Below, piece after piece: positions 41,656-57,097 of a stretch of 64,000 nucleotides of DNA (position 1 is its first letter; each line of letters opens with the position of its first letter). The DNA comes from Octopus vulgaris (Eukaryota), in NCBI GenBank assembly GCA_951406725.2, contig OX597817.1, positions 116,002,001-116,066,000 on the forward strand, in the 5' to 3' direction. The position numbers and the translations under genes were made by a program. The notes below the pieces were generated by a model that made no database searches, was not told where the DNA came from, and saw nothing but the letters and a program-made list of their open reading frames with translations.

Positions 41656-43277
41656 ACTGATAGCAGCAAATATTGCAAAAGTTTTCAGGATTATCTTATA
41701 TTGTGATTTTTAGCAAGTCAGCGTCCTTATTGTAATGTTTAGGAATGTGCCTTAGTATGAGTGTATTGAATTCTATGGCGCTGTTTGATTGAAACTGACG
41801 CACTGTTGAATAGAAGTGAACTAAAAAGGAACTCCTTTAGAGGAGTTTAACTTGGTTAGTTATCAAAACTTCATCAATTATCCATTAGTAAATGCTCTTT
41901 CCATATTGTGCGTATTGAAAATTAGTTTCACCGAGATTAGCTTTACATGTGAACAATATCTACAGAAAAATTATTATGGCTGGACTTGCTACTCTAGTGA
42001 ACAAGTTATTCGAATCAAAGTTAACATTTTGTCCGGATGGAAATGATTTTAGACTACTGATATTTGAGAATGTACTTCTTTTTAACATTGTAAAAAGTCT
42101 GTTATTCGCCTCCTATGTATAAACTACGGGTGTTGTTGTATGACATACAAGAAACAAACATCAATCATTATTGACAAAGGCATTCATTATAATTTGTACT
42201 TTCCCTTTCAAAAATCAGGATATAGAAATGATTTTCATTTATTCTAACTGCATAATTGGAATATATTCTTGTCATGGATTTTGTATGGAGCATAATAATG
42301 GTACAGCATAGAGAAAGGAAAAACGTACTTTGTTGACAATATTTTCTCAGCTCAATGAATTTAAGTAAGTACAATGTATACCCAAAACTTGATATACTAT
42401 AACCTTAGTTATCTCCATAGTGTAGTTATGACAATAAAGAGCTAAAATAAGCGATGTTTAAAAAACAACGGCAGGCAATATTTGTGTGGTTACAAATATA
42501 AATTTGAAGGATCAGTGTATAGAAGAGGTGAAAAATAATGTACTTTGAAACTGAGTATCCAACACATGCAGTTTAATTCAATGATGATTGATTGGATCAA
42601 AGATAACAACGAAATAACATCATACACCTACATCCCAAAAACCGCATATTTTTAGGGTCAGGGGTAATGGGTAATATTTCTGACATATTAAATTATGTCT
42701 TTTAATTAAGATATCTTCAGTGATTTAATCTATCATTTTTTTTTATTCGAATGAAAGTACAAGAATATTTCACGTTCTATTTCTATGTTACTGCTTCATA
42801 TGAAAAAGGAGCAAACATTGTTAAAATGTAGTATACAATCTCAGTTTAACATCTGAAGTGCTTTAGATGTTTATTTGAATAAATTTCATGGCATTTGATG
42901 AGCTACGATCACCGTTTATTCCATCCAACAAAAATTCAACATTTCACTTATAGACCTTCCCAATACAACCCAATATTACAAATTTAACATGTAAACCGGG
43001 TAAGAATGTTTTTGAGTGTTTCTTTTTAATAGAATGATACAAAACAGTTTAACTAAGATAAAATGGCGGGGAAATAGTAAACGTGTAAAAAAATGGAAGA
43101 ATACAAATTGATGACATTTTGAAATTTCGAATGTGAAATTAATTTAAAACTGTCTACAATAAATAGGATTCTGAAAATAAATACGATTAGACTGCAATCA
43201 GATAACAAGAATACATTACATACTTTCTAATTTGTGAATGTATATATAACAGAAAAGGAAAGACAGAATGAATCTAA

Positions 43278-43328
<51 letters not shown>

Positions 43329-43871
43329 CCTCTATCTTATCTAGTCCACTTGATGGTGATAAATTTACTGAAGCTATAAATGCCGCGAAATAGACATCTG
43401 TTTATTACAACAACACATTAATGATTATTTTATATTGCACACAAATTATGTTAAGCATCTTATGAAATATATGTTGAAAACAAACAACATATAACATCTA
43501 ATTGAAACCTAGAATTCATTAATTTATCGTAATGGACAACGTTTTATTAGCTAATAATTAAATATCATCTTCCAGTTATAAGTAATGAAATATGATAATA
43601 ATTTAAAAATGTTCGCCTTTTCAAGCATTTGGAGGAGCAGGGTTTTATACACTTTATAATAAATATTGAATCATGATGCATAAGATTATACTGGGTATGT
43701 TTTTTTTATCGTTTGACACTATTGTTATTTATGTTAATTATTCTGTGAAGGTGAAATATGAGTCATGATAAAATGAATTAAAAAAACATTGGAAACTTTT
43801 TCAGCTTCCGTCATGCGGTAAGCTTGAAAAATATTTTAAAACAATTAATAGATCTCGTATGACTTTTATTT

Positions 43872-43940
43872 TCAAACGTTCTATTCCTAAATAGATTATC
43901 CAAAGTTCTATTTCTAAATAGAATATCCAAAGTTCTATTT
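43872..43940. repeat. 27-bp minisatellite, about 2.5 copies
   Basis: gttctatt recurs at 43878, 43905 and 43932. Confidence 0.7.
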
Positions 43941-45475
43941 ATCCCATTGATTTCACCTATATGGCCATTTATTTTTGAAAATTTATATTTAGATCTTACG
44001 TGAACACCAATATTAACAAGCAACAGAAATATTGTACAATTTTTGGCGGCGAATTGGCAAATATTTCAATGTAGAATTGAATGTTTTTCTAATATATGTC
44101 TCCGTCTCTCTGTGCACTGACTTTCAATTCTCTTGAGGTCAACCTTCATATATCATGTGCTAGATATACATAAATTGCAATCATGTAATTGAGTCGATTC
44201 TAGGTTACCAGTTTTTCTCATTCTTACTCTCTCTCTTTCCCTCCCCATCTCTCACTTCTCCTGAATCAACGCCAGACCCATTAAAATCCTTTTGCCATTC
44301 TATCTTGTTATTGTTCATCAAATACATTCGAATATGCTCTCCGGCAGAATCCGCGAAAACGGCTGTCAACAGGCCAAACAACAACTCCAATCATATTTTT
44401 ATGAATTTTATAAGACAACTTTCGATGAAAAAGTGTGATTCAAAGCGTATTTATGTTAGACTTCTGGGGTGAATAATATGCTGAAACGTTTAATGCATTG
44501 ATAGTGCATCAATCAAACATACACGTACTGCCAGGTATACGAATCTAGAAAAATACCTGTTAACTTTTTAGATTCGGTTGGTTCTGAAATTAGAACGTGT
44601 ATCCAGGTATTTAAACATAGAACTAATGCAAACTTCGAACAAGTACTTTGATATATGATATCATTTATTGAATTTCTATATACATTATAGTATGTTACAT
44701 ATATTTAAGTATTACATTTAACTGAAATATCTATATATTATTAGGTTTCCGTACCATAATTAACATATCTCATATTCAATAATAATAAACAGACAGATAT
44801 TAACGAATGAAATCAATGAATTGTAATATCGATTTTGTGGATTAATGCTCGAGAATAATTTATTGCAGTTTAATGAACGTGCAATGGAAATTCATGTTAA
44901 TTTAAAATGTTTAACTACAAACCATATTACTCGCAAATATGATTAAAATGTATTAACGAGAGGCTGAAGTAAATCGTAGACATGATTTAAAAGATAAATT
45001 TTATATGACAAATACTTTTACTAGATTTTCAAATATTCATCCACGCATATCAAATGAAAATCACTTAGACTTCAAATATACGTTTATCGCACAAACTTGT
45101 TATCATTGTGACCAACAATGGCAATCTTGTTTAATAGTATTGGTCTAAAACTATGATACATAATTTTCTATCAAAGAAAATAAATAAATTATGAATGTAA
45201 AATACTCATCAACCGTATTAAATCACGTAGATGTATCGTGCCTTGTATTAATTATTCATAATGATACTTATACTTATTTATCCAATATGACAAACAGAGA
45301 TTTATGTAAGCAACTAGAAATTCTTCCTCATATGATATATAAAGTGATACAATTTTAAAATGATACGAGGAAATTTTTCTGTCAGCGAGGAGTAGCAGAA
45401 TGAACTGCTGCTGCTGCTGCTACTACTACTATTACCGCTGCTGCTGCTGCTGCCTCTGCTTCTGATGATGATAGC

Positions 45476-45608
<133 letters not shown>

Positions 45609-45629
45609 AATATTATTATTATTGTCGCT

Positions 45630-48130
45630 GTTGTTGTTGCAGTTATTTCTTTTTAACACAAGTTTTGTTGGAATTTCTGGAGTCTTGCATGCGTAGCAGG
45701 CTTGCTACTTGCACCCTGTGGTACCATGTTATCCGTTTTTTTCTCAGCTGTCTAATAATTACCAGGTTACTGAGGCCGTGCCAAAGAGGCAAAACTTTTG
45801 TAATAATTGCTGGACACTCCATTCCAATTTCCTTGATACCTTCTGATACTGTCTGCAAGGACACAAAAGTAATTGGCACTATCTTACCATCTTCATTTTC
45901 CGTAGCCAGAATATTGCGTTCTTCAGAGGGTTGTATCTATCTATTTTTTTTTTCGCCTTGATTCTTGAATATTCCTGGGTCAAAGGGGCATGCACCATCA
46001 ACCATATAATACATGCAGTGCATGTTGTTGACCACCAATAGGTGCTGTCTGTTATACTTTAGCTCTTGATATGTTTTGATTTGGAAATCCCAGAGGATTA
46101 TGTTAGTCTCCGACTCCGCCACTCTCTGAGGTTTGTGCTCCCACCACGTCTTGCCTCTCTCTAGCCTCTACTTTTCGCACAGTTTCCAATGTAGCGCTTT
46201 CACTACTTGGTCGTGTCGCCACAACTTTCGGTGGTTTTGACCAAGTCTTGGTCATTCGTTTGTGATATGAGCAAAGGTTTCGTCGACTCTATTAGTGATG
46301 CATCACAACAGAGACACTGTTGATTGCAAAGGTTGACTCTCCCGTTCGTGGAAGAGCCCAGTTCAGGATGGGAGTGCAAAGCCAAAGCTTCTTCTTGCGT
46401 TGCTAGTATAGTGCTCTCGGTCTCTATTTTGAGGGTTCTTTTCATCAACCAATTCCACCTATTTTCTCCAGCAATTTCAGTTGTGGCTACATGGAATTGT
46501 TTGTGAAATCCCTTATTGCAAAATTATTTTCATGTACATTTTGCACTTCTTCCTCTGTTTTTCCTTTTTTTTTCTCTGCTTCAATACGCCCCTGTTCCTA
46601 ACTAACACTAGCGAGGTCTCTTTTCTTTGGGCTAAGTATTTCATTAATCTCTCGAGTTTGATAGGTGTGCAGTCTTCCACAATTATCAGTCCTCTTCCTT
46701 CATTTGTACTCTTCATATATAGGCGATCAGTGTCTGCACGTGGACGATATACTCCATGCACGCTAGGAGCTTTCTCGATTTCCTCTCCATCTCCTTTATT
46801 TCTCCCTTTGTCCACCTCAGGATTCCAGCACCATATCGAACTACTGCGATGCGCGCGCGTTTATTGCCGAAGTTATTTTTCTGGCATTTAGCTTTGAAAC
46901 CAGTAATTTTCTCAATCGCTGTAGCTACTCTCTTTTTGTCTTTTCCTTCATTTCGTTGTGCTTAATTCCATCAGCTTGAAGTATTCCCAAGTATTTATAG
47001 CTGGACTGAAGTTGAATTGCCTTCATCATTTCACCACTTGGCAAACATATGCCTTCTGTCCTGACAAGCGTTTCTCGTAGTACATTTTGAGTGGCCAAAC
47101 TCCATCTTAATATCACTAGGCCGTCTAGTTCTGCTTCAGGTTTTATGAATAACTTCAGTCGTCCATGAATAGCAACTAGCTCAGTTTTCCTTTACATCTT
47201 CCCAGGTCACTCCCCAACTTTATTTACAATAGTATTTCCCCGAAGGAGATCATTACTAGCACAAAGATCAGCAGGGACGCACTGTCTCCCTGAAAGATTC
47301 CTCTCCTGATTTTCACCTCTCCTAATATTTGATTCCCTGCTGTCAGTTCCGTTGTCCAACATATCATACTGTTCCATATAAGGCTTCTCATGTTTTCTAC
47401 AACTCCATGCATTTCCATTATTCTTATTGTCCAAGAGTGTGGTATCATATCGTATACTTTGGATAGTCATCCCATGTCATGCTCAATTTTATGTGTCTTC
47501 TCTTGAAGTACCTGATAATCAATCAAGAGCTGATCTTTCGTCCCCCAGCTCCACTTTCGACACCCTCTCTGTTCAATACGTAGCAGCCCACCTTATTCTA
47601 ACTATCTATACAGTTCACCGGCCGAAGCACCTGGCATTAGTTTCCACATTAGCGAATGCCACGTTATTTGTCGAATATTGGATGCAACATTTCTCTTTCA
47701 GAATCTTTGGCACATAATGTTTTCCCTTTTGTCATCAAGCTGGGCACTGCGTCTTTCTGCAAGTACTCATCTAGCTGTTTCGCTATTGTTTCACCAGCTT
47801 TATCCAATAACCTTGTGCCCCCATCCGGAACTGGGCTCTTCCATTGTAGGAATTTTCCTAACTTTTTTTTTATCATTTCTGTATTATTTTCATGTCTTCT
47901 TGGACTTCTATATTTCTTAAACTATCTCGGATTGCATGCAGTCACTCCGCTTCATCATTATACTCTACAGGTTGGTCCCAGAACCCTCCCCAGAATGCCC
48001 TTCTTTCCTTTATATCTGCAAATATTGTTACGTGTAATTTCCCAGGTAGTTCCTGAAACAGTTTCTTTTTATTTGACTGAACTATTTTGTTCTATTTTGT
48101 TCTATATTTCCAGTCTTGATTTGGTTGCTT
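45630..48130 (-). mobile_element. Degenerate R4/Dong-clade LINE
   Basis: WKSPVPDG, MIPHSW, IRRGIFQGDSAS, LLFMDD, YKYLGILQAD, DRLYMKSTNEGRGL, ETESTILATQE, ILWDFQIKT; the 3' end abuts an (ATT)n tract. Confidence 0.88.
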
Positions 48131-48249
48131 AGCATCATCATCATCTTCGTCATGAAAGAATCTGGGATAGTTCTTATGTACCGGTTATTTTTTACTTGAA
48201 AGCATGCAACTAATCACAAAAGATTTCAGGTAGTGCCTACTCCTGTGAC

Positions 48250-49270
48250 ACAAAGAGACAATACGCTCCTTTGAATGCGAGCTGTACCCAACAATGCTGT
48301 CTTCTGGATCATTACGAGCATGACAGCAGGTCCAATATTCTTAGTGTGTTTTTCAAAACCCTTGGAAACTGCTCATAATGCTCCAATTACAACCGATATC
48401 ACCATTACTTTCGTCATATCCCATAACTATCTTATCTCGTCACTCAGTGTCTGCGATTTCTCAATCTTTTCTGTTTCCTTACATTTTACCCTCGAATCGC
48501 CTGGTATTGGAATGTCTATTATCTTTACTACTTTTCATCTTTAACGATGAGCGTGATATCTGGTCGTCTCGCCTCTAAGGTTGCACTGCATGTTAGAATC
48601 CTGGAGTATTTTGTAATGTTGGTTTTTCCATTAATCCCTCTGGCTTGTGTCTATACCATTGTTCGGCTCTCTCAAGGTTTGTTTTACCGCACGACAGCCA
48701 GTGGATATATATGGCCACATTGTCGTTTCTCCTTTTCTATTCGAGTTGTGCAAGCTTACATCACTCACTGACAATATGGCTTATACTTTTTCCCTTCTCA
48801 GAGCATAACCTACACTGTGGCGAGTCTGTGCTTTCATCAATGTGATATTTTGAGTAGTTTGTTCTGAGAAATTGTTCCTGAGCGCTGCACCTCCTTTCTG
48901 CATCCCATCCCAAATTCTGTTCCAATCAATCTCATTGTATTCTCCAAGAACCGACTGTTCATTTTCTTGTCATGCCAAATATTCTTTATCTGCTCTCTCT
49001 GGTCTTTCTTAAAGTGTGTTGTATCTAGGACTTCTTTCACGCTTAAAGTTCGCTGCATTGTCACTGCTTCAAACCTGTCTTCTTTACTTCCCTTGACATA
49101 CCAAGCTAGGCTATTCTCCTCTTCCCTTATACAACCTTCACAACATACCAACCCACGCCCTCCAACCCTCCTCTTTACATACAATCTTGAGACATCGGTT
49201 TTGACACAAGAGGATGCTGAAAAAAGCATACGTGTACTCAAAGACGTTCCAGATCTAACCGTCGTTTCTC
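48250..49270 (-). mobile_element. Second degenerate R4/Dong-clade LINE, 3' fragment
   Basis: VSRLYVKRRVGGRGL, PQCRLC...ISHIVSE, IIDIPIPGD, QKTALLGTARI. Confidence 0.85.
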
Positions 49271-51042
49271 TATTTTAAACTTAATATGTCGAGGATAATA
49301 GTATGCCATGTTCAGATGGTAAGAGAAAATATGTATAAAATTACACTGCTTAATAGGCTGAAGAACAGTTCCATCGACGATCTAATTCAAGGGGAGTTAC
49401 AGAAAAATATAATTCATGAAAAGTATTGTAATATTCACATTTTTCTAGAAGTCTTTATGCATCTCAGTGTTATCAGTTCTCATAAAATCTTGAATACAGT
49501 CGGATGTCACAAATTTCATCCTTAAAAACTAAGAAAAATGTCATGCAATGATATTAGCGATAGTAAAGTTTGTTTTAAGAACGATCTAATCCGAGAACAA
49601 TGCAGTGAAATGAGAACCAATCAGAATGATTAAGAATAAACATCTAAAGAACCTGTTAAAATTTATTTGCCACAGTTTGAAATAAACATGAGAGCTTATC
49701 AAAAGCAAATAATATTCGGTCTATTTTGGCAAACCCCTATGCTTCAAATACGTACGTAAATGTTTAATTAACAAAAACTAGCTTTCCGTTATTAACTTGA
49801 AACCCAGACATGCATTTGTAAGTCTTTCAGCCATCAAGTTTGAGCATTTATCTCAATATCAATTTCAATAAATACGAGGGAATTAAAGAACCGGGAGACT
49901 GGCGGACAATATACATTGTATTTTCTTAGTTGAAATCGATCAACCCGACACCAAATTTACCCTTCATCCTTTCGTGGGTAGATAAAGTAAGTATTAGCCT
50001 ATTGCTGTGGGTTTCTGTCAAAAATAGAAATCGATATAAATCAGAGTGACGCTTCTGCGTCGTATATCAGTATACATTTTCATTAATAATTTTAGAAAAC
50101 GTCACTCCTTCATAACAATCAACGATATTATCATGAAAGTAAAGTGTTGCTTCGTAATAGCTTCTGATTTATTACCTGTTCCTCTGAAGCAACCAATGCT
50201 CTTAAATATATGTTAAATAAATTCTATACATTTTAGTCTTATTCGATATTGATTAAAATTTTTGTTTCCTGAGTATCCGATGATATATTTGATTTTTCAT
50301 TATTTATGTAGTACTTAAACAAGATAGTAGGAAGTAATATTTGTTTACATGAATTCATGTCGCCAAATAAATTGATTTCTAATACATAAAGTTTCTACCT
50401 ATTTGTGTATAAAAATCTTACACATGGAAAATATTAGGCAGGAATGAAATATATGGCTTCATTTTCGATATTGCTATGAATATGTCATAATAAATTCATG
50501 CTCTTTTCTTTAAGTGTCTAGGTAGATTAAACATAGTATCATTGAATGTACAACTAATTAGGAAGTCATGGGCAAAATCAAATTCAAGACATTAAAAGAA
50601 TAAACACAAACTTTACTTGTGTTTATTATTCAAAAACTAAACTCTATCACTTGTGGATCTCTGTATAATCCAAATACTTTTCTGCATTGTTTTCTATTAT
50701 GCTTTTGTCTTATTGTATCACTCAGAAAGCATACTGAATTGCTGCCTTTATAACAGCTGCATTCAGTATTGTATAGGATATCATTAAAAGACAGGAAATG
50801 TAAATTAACAATCCTATTGATTTTCCAAAATGTTTCGTATAATAAATTTTCTGATAGAACCAAAACAAAATCTGAAGCTTTATGTATATGATGCAAATAA
50901 AACTCAACAGTTATTGTGATACATACAAGAAACAGGCCTATTGAGAAGATATAAGTTTATCTTTTATGTGTGATACCAATTGTAAATTACTGTTCGGAAA
51001 TTTTCGGGAAACTGTAATTTGTCAATGAACTACGGTGGTGTC

Positions 51043-51133
<91 letters not shown>

Positions 51134-53059
51134 GGAGTTAAAATAAAATATGTTGATGCAATTAGAATATATCCTGTACATAATAATTGGAAGAGCAATA
51201 CGAGGGTTGTACAAATTATAATTTAAAACTAGTTGCAGGAAAAACATCAAATTTTATAGTTAAAATACATTCATTTTATTCCATGTGGATGAATAAATTG
51301 TGGTTACACTTATAAGAATTAATTGCAGTAAAGTAGCTCGTAAACCTGGTTTTCGCACTTATAAAAAAGGATGAAGTCCTGTGTTGAATACATTTTATAG
51401 ACCAAGAAGCCTATATAAGTATATGTATAAAATCTAAGATACGTAAAATATATTTGAATAATTTTTAATAACAGACACAATAATGTATGGTGAATAGATA
51501 ACAGGTTTGATTCCAATATAAACACTCCATTAAAACCTTTTGTTATTACTTATCCTTTTGCACTTGATATTCATTGAAGTAGTTTAAAATACTTTTCAAA
51601 ATTTCAATAATATTAAAATATCGTTGTGTTAATAGTCTATTGTAGACTGGTAAAAATATGTGTACTTGAACGTTCAAATATTTATATAAAATAGAAACGA
51701 ATTTTCAATAACGTGTTTGTGATAAAACGATACACATATTTATTTCTCAAAGAAGACTTTTATTTTTCTAGAAACGCTTAGTTATTTGTAACTCTGATGA
51801 TATAAATTTTAGGGAAACGATAGTAATTAAATATATATAACCTAGGAACAAAGTGAAATAAAGCTTGCTTTTTGCCAGCAAATTCTGTTTCCTTTACTGA
51901 GAAAAGAAATGTTTATTGCAGTAATGTCGTCCAGTCACATAGAATTATATTTGTTATAATTTGAACACTAGACTAAGTGTCTATATGTCATATTTGCTGT
52001 CACACGCTGCAATTATTGATTATAATTAATACTATTTCGATATCGATTATTTACATCAATTTCTATATGTAACACTTTAACTAAAGAGTAGCTTGAATTT
52101 CTTTCATATCGTATACTCAACGGCAGAAAATTCAAAAAAATATAGAATGGATTTTGAAAGGTTCGAAATCTACTGCTTTGTTGCTATTTTTCCACTCCGA
52201 CGTTTATCGCATGGAGAAAATTTATATTCAAAGGTATCGTGGTCGTAACCATCCTGAGATCATCTATTTTAAACTATATGTTGCATATGGATGTGTTTTC
52301 TATTTGTGCTTTATATGCATTGAATGTGATTTGATTACTATTTCTAGTAACTGGAGCATTGATGCCTAAGGTCTGCTATTGGCTTGTCTATAACTATTGA
52401 TCTGGTTTCAGTAAAACTTAATAGAAAAACGACAATGCACACAAAATTTGCAACGTCTCAAATACTTGTGCAACATTGCATAGTAAATAAAATATGCTGC
52501 TGCGGTTAACGCTTTGCCATATTTTTAGCTTTACCGGCATCAACTCTTGTTTGATGATGCGAATTATTCTCATAGTTTGAATGTTGAATATTATATAGGA
52601 TTTTATAAACATATAAAACACCTTCTAAATAGTATAGTACATCATGAGTACTATTGTACTTCATGTTATACAGTGGTATTTAATAACACGAAGTACTACT
52701 GAATAGAGTCCCCCGGCACCTGATAGTGAAAATATCCAAAATCAGGAATAACAAATCGAGATCATATTTTATTAATTGATGCTGATATTAAGTGAAAGGA
52801 GTTGCAATCATTTTTGTAGCTAGTGTGAAATAGATAGCGTTTGCGACTGTATCAGGAGAGACAGGTGTGACTGAAAATACATATTCCTTCCTTCAAATTT
52901 CATTCATATATGTATAACGAAGCTCATAATGACTCAAGGACTGGTTATGTTCCCCATAGTATTTCCTTTTACAGTATAGCGTGTTTTAGCACTTCCAAAT
53001 TCACATTATTCGATCAAATGGATATACTGGCATCGAACAGGGATATTACATCAAGTTTT

Positions 53060-53670
53060 TTCAAAAGCTTGGTGATACAGATGCTAAAGTCATCCAGAAG
53101 ATTTTGCGAGACTCACCTCAGTAGAGAGCGAGGCAAACTCAGGCAGACCACCCAGAAGCCGAAACCAGAAATCAGTTGAGAAGGTTCGGTGTATAATCAT
53201 GGAAGACCATCACATAACAATCCTGGAAATAACACACAAAGAAGTAATAAACACAGGATCAGTGCATTCCATTTTAACGCAAGATTAACTCGTGCTGTGA
53301 GTGTCATGAACACTCACACCCAAGATGCTGGCAGATCAACAGAAGCAAATCCGCATGGAAATCGCTCTGAACGTGCTGCACTGTGCAAACCACTAGTCAA
53401 AGTTCATGAAGACTACCGTTAAGTTGACGAAACATGAATTTATGGTTCCTGCTCGCTTCATTCTATCATCTTGCTCGATAACAAAGAGCGCGAACAACAC
53501 GTGTGTGCTTTAGGCGGAACAACCGGGAAGTGATGCGACCTACCGGTGCAAAAGTTTTGGATTGGGATCAGAGGAAGGGTGGCGTCTATTCCCCGGCAAG
53601 GATTTCTCCCTGGTGAAATACGTTTTGGCGGGAAAATATAAAGTCGGCTACTTTTTGAACGCACCTCGTA
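53060..53670 (+). mobile_element. Degenerate mariner element fragment
   Basis: GRPPRS.., TGSVHSIL.., VDET*IYG transposase echoes; right TIR aagtcggctactttttgaacgcacctcg followed by TA. Confidence 0.65.
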
Positions 53671-54008
53671 TATATCTAATTTTGGTATACATTAGATATA
53701 TATAAGAATAGATTGAATTAAAATTACTGCGACTTTCTCATTACTGATTGTTAGAAGATTCTTTAAAAACGGTCTACATTACCATAGAAATGTTGACATT
53801 CAAGTTAAAACATTGTGACATGACAATACAATATAACATGCAAACCAACGCGCGCACTCAAGTTCGCATACACGCACACATGCAAATGTGTGTGTATATG
53901 CGTGTGCGTGGGCTTGTGTATGTGTGTGTGTATAAATGTAAGTGTATATGCATACTTGCTATATTCATATTTGCATAATACTGGGTTTATATTTCAACAC
54001 ACTAATTT

Positions 54009-54685
54009 CTAGTATGTTCGCTACAACTCACGTTGTACGACTCACTCTCAACTCACGGATTCCTCGTAACTTTCGTGTCTGTAATTATGAGTGCTGTTAT
54101 TAAAATATATTATTACGAGCAAAAACGTCCCCCTCCTCCGTCCAATGGACGGTACTGAATTGTCAAACATTTAAACCAAATTTTCTCAAAACAACTTGTC
54201 CGACCGTCGCATAACCCTCCCCCTTTTGATAAACACTGATTTAACCTAAATGTGAGACACCAGCAAATCAAGAAATAAAGATAGACTTTTTTCTATTCCA
54301 AAGAAAAACGATTTTATTCACACAAATATGCGACAGAAGAGCTTAAAGCGCCAGTAATGATAAGGCTTTGACTGGGAGAACACAAACATGGTTTTAAACA
54401 GTAAGCTTGGCAGGAAAGAAACGTGCCTTTAAGCAGTACAAAAACAACAAAAAATGGAAGTTGCAGTTATGTACAGGTTGACGGAAGAAAAACAGGTTGA
54501 AAGCGACTTTATCGATCGCATTCTCACCTGGAATCGATTTTTGTAATTTTTTCAAAACTTATACACGCCCTGATACCGTCGGTATCTACATATCAAATTT
54601 GAGCGCTATCGATTGGAGGATACCCGAGATCCGAGAAGACACACACACACACAGGCAGACAGAACGGATTTTATGTAAGAGATAT
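54009..54685 (-). mobile_element. Possible non-autonomous Helitron-like element
   Basis: On the minus strand the 5' end has a GTCT/GT microsatellite and a caaattt motif; the 3' end has a tacaac/gttgta hairpin followed by CTAG. Confidence 0.4.
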
Positions 54686-55258
54686 ATGATGTATACCCTT
54701 TTTAATTACTCGACTTTTATGTTGCTGTTTTATAATTAAGTTTAGGAGGGATACAGACTAAACCGCTTCTTGCTTTGTATTTTGAGTGGTGTTTTGGGAT
54801 TCGCTGATCGGTTGATTTTGTTTTTCTGCCACTCAAAGACTTTGGTCACACCTGCTTATTGACCATTGGACTAACGAATAAGTATTTCTTAGAATGGTAT
54901 AATTATTTCTATTCATGCTTAGCTTTGCGATATGTATATTTTCGGCCGTGAAAGAACAAGTCTTCAAATACAAGAAAGATAGAAATAAACACACTTTAAT
55001 GTATGAGCTCAATAACTCTTTTGAACAATGCATCAATGTCTCAGATAGTTGTGAAAACCCTGAACAGACTCAAAACTTTGAACACAGATACTCACTCGAC
55101 CACGCAGATTCGAATTCATCCTTTCACCATTGAGAAGTAAAAATTTAAATTTGATAGTAGGAGAATGAAACAAAATTCCTATGATATGGTTTATTTGTGC
55201 TCCGTACATTAGCCAGTACCACAACCATTCAAATTGTATAGAAAAATCTACGAAAATA

Positions 55259-56384
55259 ACTATGGGCAACAAAAGAAAATATTCTCTTCTACCCAGAAAA
55301 ATGGTGCTCTACTAAGCTAAATCGAGTAAGCAAATTCCGAATGTGAACTCAGAAGTGGTGTAGCACGTCAGTATTGTGAGCCATGCACATAATTATATAT
55401 TAGTACTATATCATTAGGTCGTCCAGTATGAAATTTGTAGTAAGGTATATGGTAAATTTTGACAGCTGCTCATTTTGCGCCAATATTATATTATAACAAA
55501 CTTTATTTTTTGTTAGAAAGCTGACACATCTATTTCTTTATTGTAACTCATTTTGCGCTTTATAAAGTATTTATAAATGTTTCTTTTTAATATTTTTGTT
55601 TAGAGATGAAAATGTCGGAAATTCGTACAGTTTTGAAACCAGTGGCATATGCTGCACACTGTAACGACCAACTTACAATCTGCATTCAATTTTTGCTTTG
55701 GTTCCCTTTGAGAAACCACTAATATTAATCGAACCATACCAGAGGTAAAGCAAAAGGCATTACCTTCCGTTTACTATTCAGCCACTGTGTAAGGCCTGAG
55801 TAACACACGGTGCAGCATATACAAAGTGCCCACCTTTTGTTTTGGTCCCCAACTTTATATCCAAAATAATATTTATAGGCAGTGTATAATTTGGTGGTAA
55901 AGTTCTTCCAATGGTCACGCGAAGCAAATTTTCTACAGACATAACAAAAGTTGTCTGGGTGATTTACACAGTCTCTCCTATTCATGATCTAACACATTGA
56001 ATACAGTTAAAATAGTAACCATGCAGAGCGAAAGATACACATACCACACGTGACGGCAGCGCAAACGACACTAAAAGTTATCAAGAACAAACTGACGTAT
56101 TTGGCGTTTGCACACAATACGTCAGTGCCATCTATTGCTAAACTAAATAATGAACTTTCTCATTGTTTGTTTTGTTGCTGTTTACTTTTGAATTAAGTTC
56201 GCTTTCATTTTAGCAAATTTAAGATACGGCCTAACCAAAAGTATAGTTGTAATCTTGCGCATGCGCATAACTCAAACTCCTGCCGTGATAGAACAACTTT
56301 GAGCGCGGATTCGGAATCAGCATCTTCGATTTAGTCTAAAACAGACGCTTTTACCCCGGTATCAAAATTTTTGTTGTCCTGTGA
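55259..56384 (-). mobile_element. Internally deleted TIR DNA transposon (Tc1/mariner-related, Cys-rich N-terminus)
   Basis: ORF 55725-55985 CVNHPDNFCYVC...YFGYKVGDQNKRWALCICCTVC...MPFALPLVW matches a widespread transposase N-terminus. Diverged TIRs: gggcaacaaaa...ctaaatcgag...ttccgaat versus attcggaatc...tcgatttag...ttttgttgtcc. Confidence 0.7.
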
Positions 56385-56798
56385 GTGGCTGTGTGGTAAG
56401 TAGCCTGCTTACGAACCACATGGTTCCGGGTTCAGTCCCACTGCATGGCACCTTGGGCAAGTGTCTTCTATTATAGCCTCGGGCCGATCAAAGCCTTGTG
56501 AGTGGATTTGGTACAAGGAAACTGAAAGAAGCCCGTCGTACATATGTATATATATATATTTCTTTACTACCTACAAGGGGCTAAACACAGAGGGGCCAAA
56601 CAAGGACAGACACCGGATTAAATCGATTACATCGACCCCAGTGCGTAACTGGTACTTAATTTATCGACCCCGAAAGGATGAAAGGCAAAGTCGACCTCGG
56701 CGGAATTTGAACCCAGAACGTAACGGCAGACGAAATCCGGCTATGCATTTCGCCCGGCGTACTAACGTTTCTGCCAGCTCACCGCCTTTGTGTATATA

Positions 56799-56897
<99 letters not shown>

Positions 56898-57097
56898 TGT
56901 GTGTGTGTTTGTCCACCCAACATCGCTTGACAACCGATGCTGGTGTGTTTATGTCCCTGTAACTTAGCGCTTCGGCAAAAGAGACCGATAGAATAAGTAC
57001 TAGGCTTACAAAGAATCTGTCCTTTGGTCAATTTTCTCGACTAAAGGCGGTGCTCCAGCATGGCCACAGTCAAATGGCTGAAACAAGTAAAAGAGTA
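56383..57097 (+). mobile_element. Full-length SINE family A (tRNA head, CORE-like domain, internal TA/GT microsatellite, tail)
   Basis: gagtggctgtgtggtaag (A box), gggttcagtccca (B box), gcaccttgggcaagtg, tail ctgaaacaagtaaaagagta. Confidence 0.92.
56560..56788 (-). mobile_element. SINE family B nested in the (TA)n of family A
   Basis: Minus strand ggcggtgagctggcagaaacgttag...gggttcaaattcc...gcctttcatcctttcggggtcgataaattaagtaccag. Confidence 0.92.

Noticed and set aside
43872-43940. Regularly spaced short repeats (CRISPR-like?)
   Set aside because: Contiguous tandem units with no unique spacers, eukaryotic context, no cas genes.
51790-51825. ctgatga...gaaac motif
   Set aside because: No credible stem II and no UH cleavage site; likely chance.
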